From assembly GCA_002189035.1 (NCBI GenBank), contig NEEC01000002.1, positions 1,116,001 to 1,180,000 of the forward strand: a stretch of 64,000 nt of DNA. The letters are read 5' to 3'. The DNA is from Utricularia gibba. Taxonomy: Eukaryota > Plantae > Magnoliophyta. The notes beneath the pieces are model-generated. The model saw nothing but the letters and a program-made list of their open reading frames with translations, ran no database searches and was not told where the DNA came from. Below are positions 62,493 through 64,000 of this stretch, piece after piece; position 1 is the stretch's first letter; each line of letters begins with the position of its first letter. Position numbers and translations under genes: made by a program.

Positions 62493-62936
62493 TCAGTCAA
62501 CAACAACCTTTCCAAAGTTCAGGAACATGTTTTCGGAAGGAGTCAAGTTCAAATCTATACAGAACGCTTTCTTCACCATCGGCGCCGCCTCCGTCGCCAC
62601 CGTCAGAGCCAGCGGCAGCTGTATAGATTTCCCATCAACAATACTTTCCCTATGCCGCCGCATATGCCCACCTAAGGCTTGCCCCAAAGCGAACTCCAAC
62701 CCACAAACCGAACACTCGTGAGTCTTCGGCTTCGGCGGCGACGGTGGCTGCTCCGCCGTCATTCTCGCCTTCTTGTGACTAGCCCGGTGACCCCCGAGCG
62801 CCTGGAAAGATGAAAACTCCCGGTTACACGTCTTGCAGGTGAAGACACGGCCAGGGTCACCCCCCTGACGTGATAACAACATCAAGTAACCAGCCATCAG
62901 AGCAGCATCATCGTCCGCACTCCTCTTGGCCGCCAT
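62493..62936 (-). CDS. C1-2i C2H2 zinc finger repressor (ZAT11/ZAT12-like), intronless, 147 aa
   Basis: Two QALGGH fingers ([42 protein letters not shown]), an L-box (LMLLS) and the EAR motif IDLNL. Confidence 0.95.
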   Translation of the reverse strand: MAAKRSADDDAALMAGYLMLLSRQGGDPGRVFTCKTCNREFSSFQALGGHRASHKKARMTAEQPPSPPKPKTHECSVCGLEFALGQALGGHMRRHRESIVDGKSIQLPLALTVATEAAPMVKKAFCIDLNLTPSENMFLNFGKVVVD

Positions 62937-63271
62937 GAAAATGAATCAGAGAATGAAACAAACAAACGAGGTGTGGCTGCAGAGAGAGAAGGAGATCTAG
63001 AGATACAAACATGTACAGATACATCAACATATATTGTACTTGGTGTATATAGGGAGAGGAGGTCAGAACGTAGCTGCACAATTTTTATTGCGAGCTGGAG
63101 AGATTGACTGGATACAAGTCCACCGAATTTGGCGATCGGAATGAAGAATCAATTCAATTCAACATAAACATGCTTTCCCTTTTTACACATGGGATCTAGC
63201 TCGGGCTACAACTAACAAACGAACCACCAATGATGCCGATGACTCGGCTTCTCTGGTCACCACAAACTCAA

Positions 63272-63501
63272 AAGTCAAACCTTACTTCCATTCTAATCCA
63301 ATGTATACATGAATAATAGTAAAGGCGCCACCTTTTTAAGTCAAACATTAAAATAGAAGCTGATACTTAGCAACAGTGATGCAAGTGATGAGGGGAGCAT
63401 GACGAAAGTGCTTACCAAATTGGGGAGGTAAAGATTCTCTCTTTATTACCCCAGTAAAAACATGTGCCTTCATCACATTTTACTAAGGTTTCAAGTCAAA
63501 C
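63272..63501 (-). promoter_or_regulatory. Three identical W-box-containing 9-mers upstream of the ZAT gene
   Basis: AAGTCAAAC (GTTTGACTT on the gene strand, core TTGACT) at 63272, 63338 and 63493. Confidence 0.6.
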
Positions 63502-64000
63502 TAGAAAGCGTGTGGGGTGTCTTACTCGGTGAGTAGAAGGAATAAACAAAGAGTTCTTCTGGAACCCCAGAACCCGAAGCGGCATTCGGAGTTCACACGG
63601 CCATGGTGGTTGAACTGGTTAAAGGGACTTTTATCCATTACTCTTCAAGATCCATCAAGACTAAGAAAAGTAAGTTGCATGGGGACAAACGGTATGAATG
63701 CTGAGTGGAAGAAAAGAACACACAGCAAGGTTTGCATTATTGAATTGAATAATCGGATTACTGACTTGCGCGTTCATCGGGAAGTGGTTTCAGAATCTCC
63801 GCTTGAACGACTCTTATTTCTGCATCCAGGCCATACGTCCCTGCGAATCAGAATGGAACACTACCTGAAACTACATAGAAAATTACCCCGAAAAGAAGGC
63901 AGGGATGAACTTGGAGTTCTTCTCCCCAGACGATTAGGAACGAAGCGAACTACAATCCTTCATCCTCGAGAAGACAGGGATGCCTAGTTTTCCGGTTCGC

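Noticed and set aside
43595-62936. P5CS, sHSP, RCA and ZAT as a co-regulated stress cluster
   Set aside because: They are interleaved with unrelated genes (MAM33, PP1, RopGEF), share no visible cis-element, and are best explained by ancestral order.
63517-63987. 156 aa plus-strand ORF at the window end
   Set aside because: It starts at GTG and has no recognisable domain. The minus strand shows splice-like signals and could be the 3' end of a gene outside the window, which cannot be assigned here.

Overview
This is a compact, gene-dense eudicot plant nuclear segment with 15 protein-coding genes in 64 kb, short introns and no intact transposon, tRNA, rRNA or CRISPR. Gene order: MOM1-like (+), GT2-family glycosyltransferase (+), ARF10/16-class ARF with a miR160 site (+), SAPS/PP6 regulatory subunit (-), DRB2 (-), ARF4 with two tasiR-ARF sites (+), LBD1/11-like (-), V-ATPase a1 (+), P5CS (+), MAM33 (-), PP1 (-), RopGEF (-), class I sHSP (+), Rubisco activase (-) and a ZAT11/12-like zinc finger (-). 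I did not find a convincing new biological system. The best leads are these. (1) The MOM1-like gene appears to be a natural ~750-800 aa mini-MOM1 with no helicase, chromo or PHD part. (2) The ARF10/16 upstream region holds an array of short telomere-hexamer hairpins with an snRNA-type USE, followed by a 3 x ~198 bp tandem repeat carrying CCGACA/G-box/telobox modules. (3) The Rubisco activase looks beta-only, with its stop at the start of the alpha extension, and lies tail-to-tail with an sHSP. (4) There is a possible decayed conserved uORF upstream of ARF4. Important caveat: seven frameshifts in six genes are each repaired by adding one base. Six lie in a C or G run and the seventh plausibly does. 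This points to homopolymer errors in the assembly rather than pseudogenes. All family assignments come from manual translation and recall; no database was searched.
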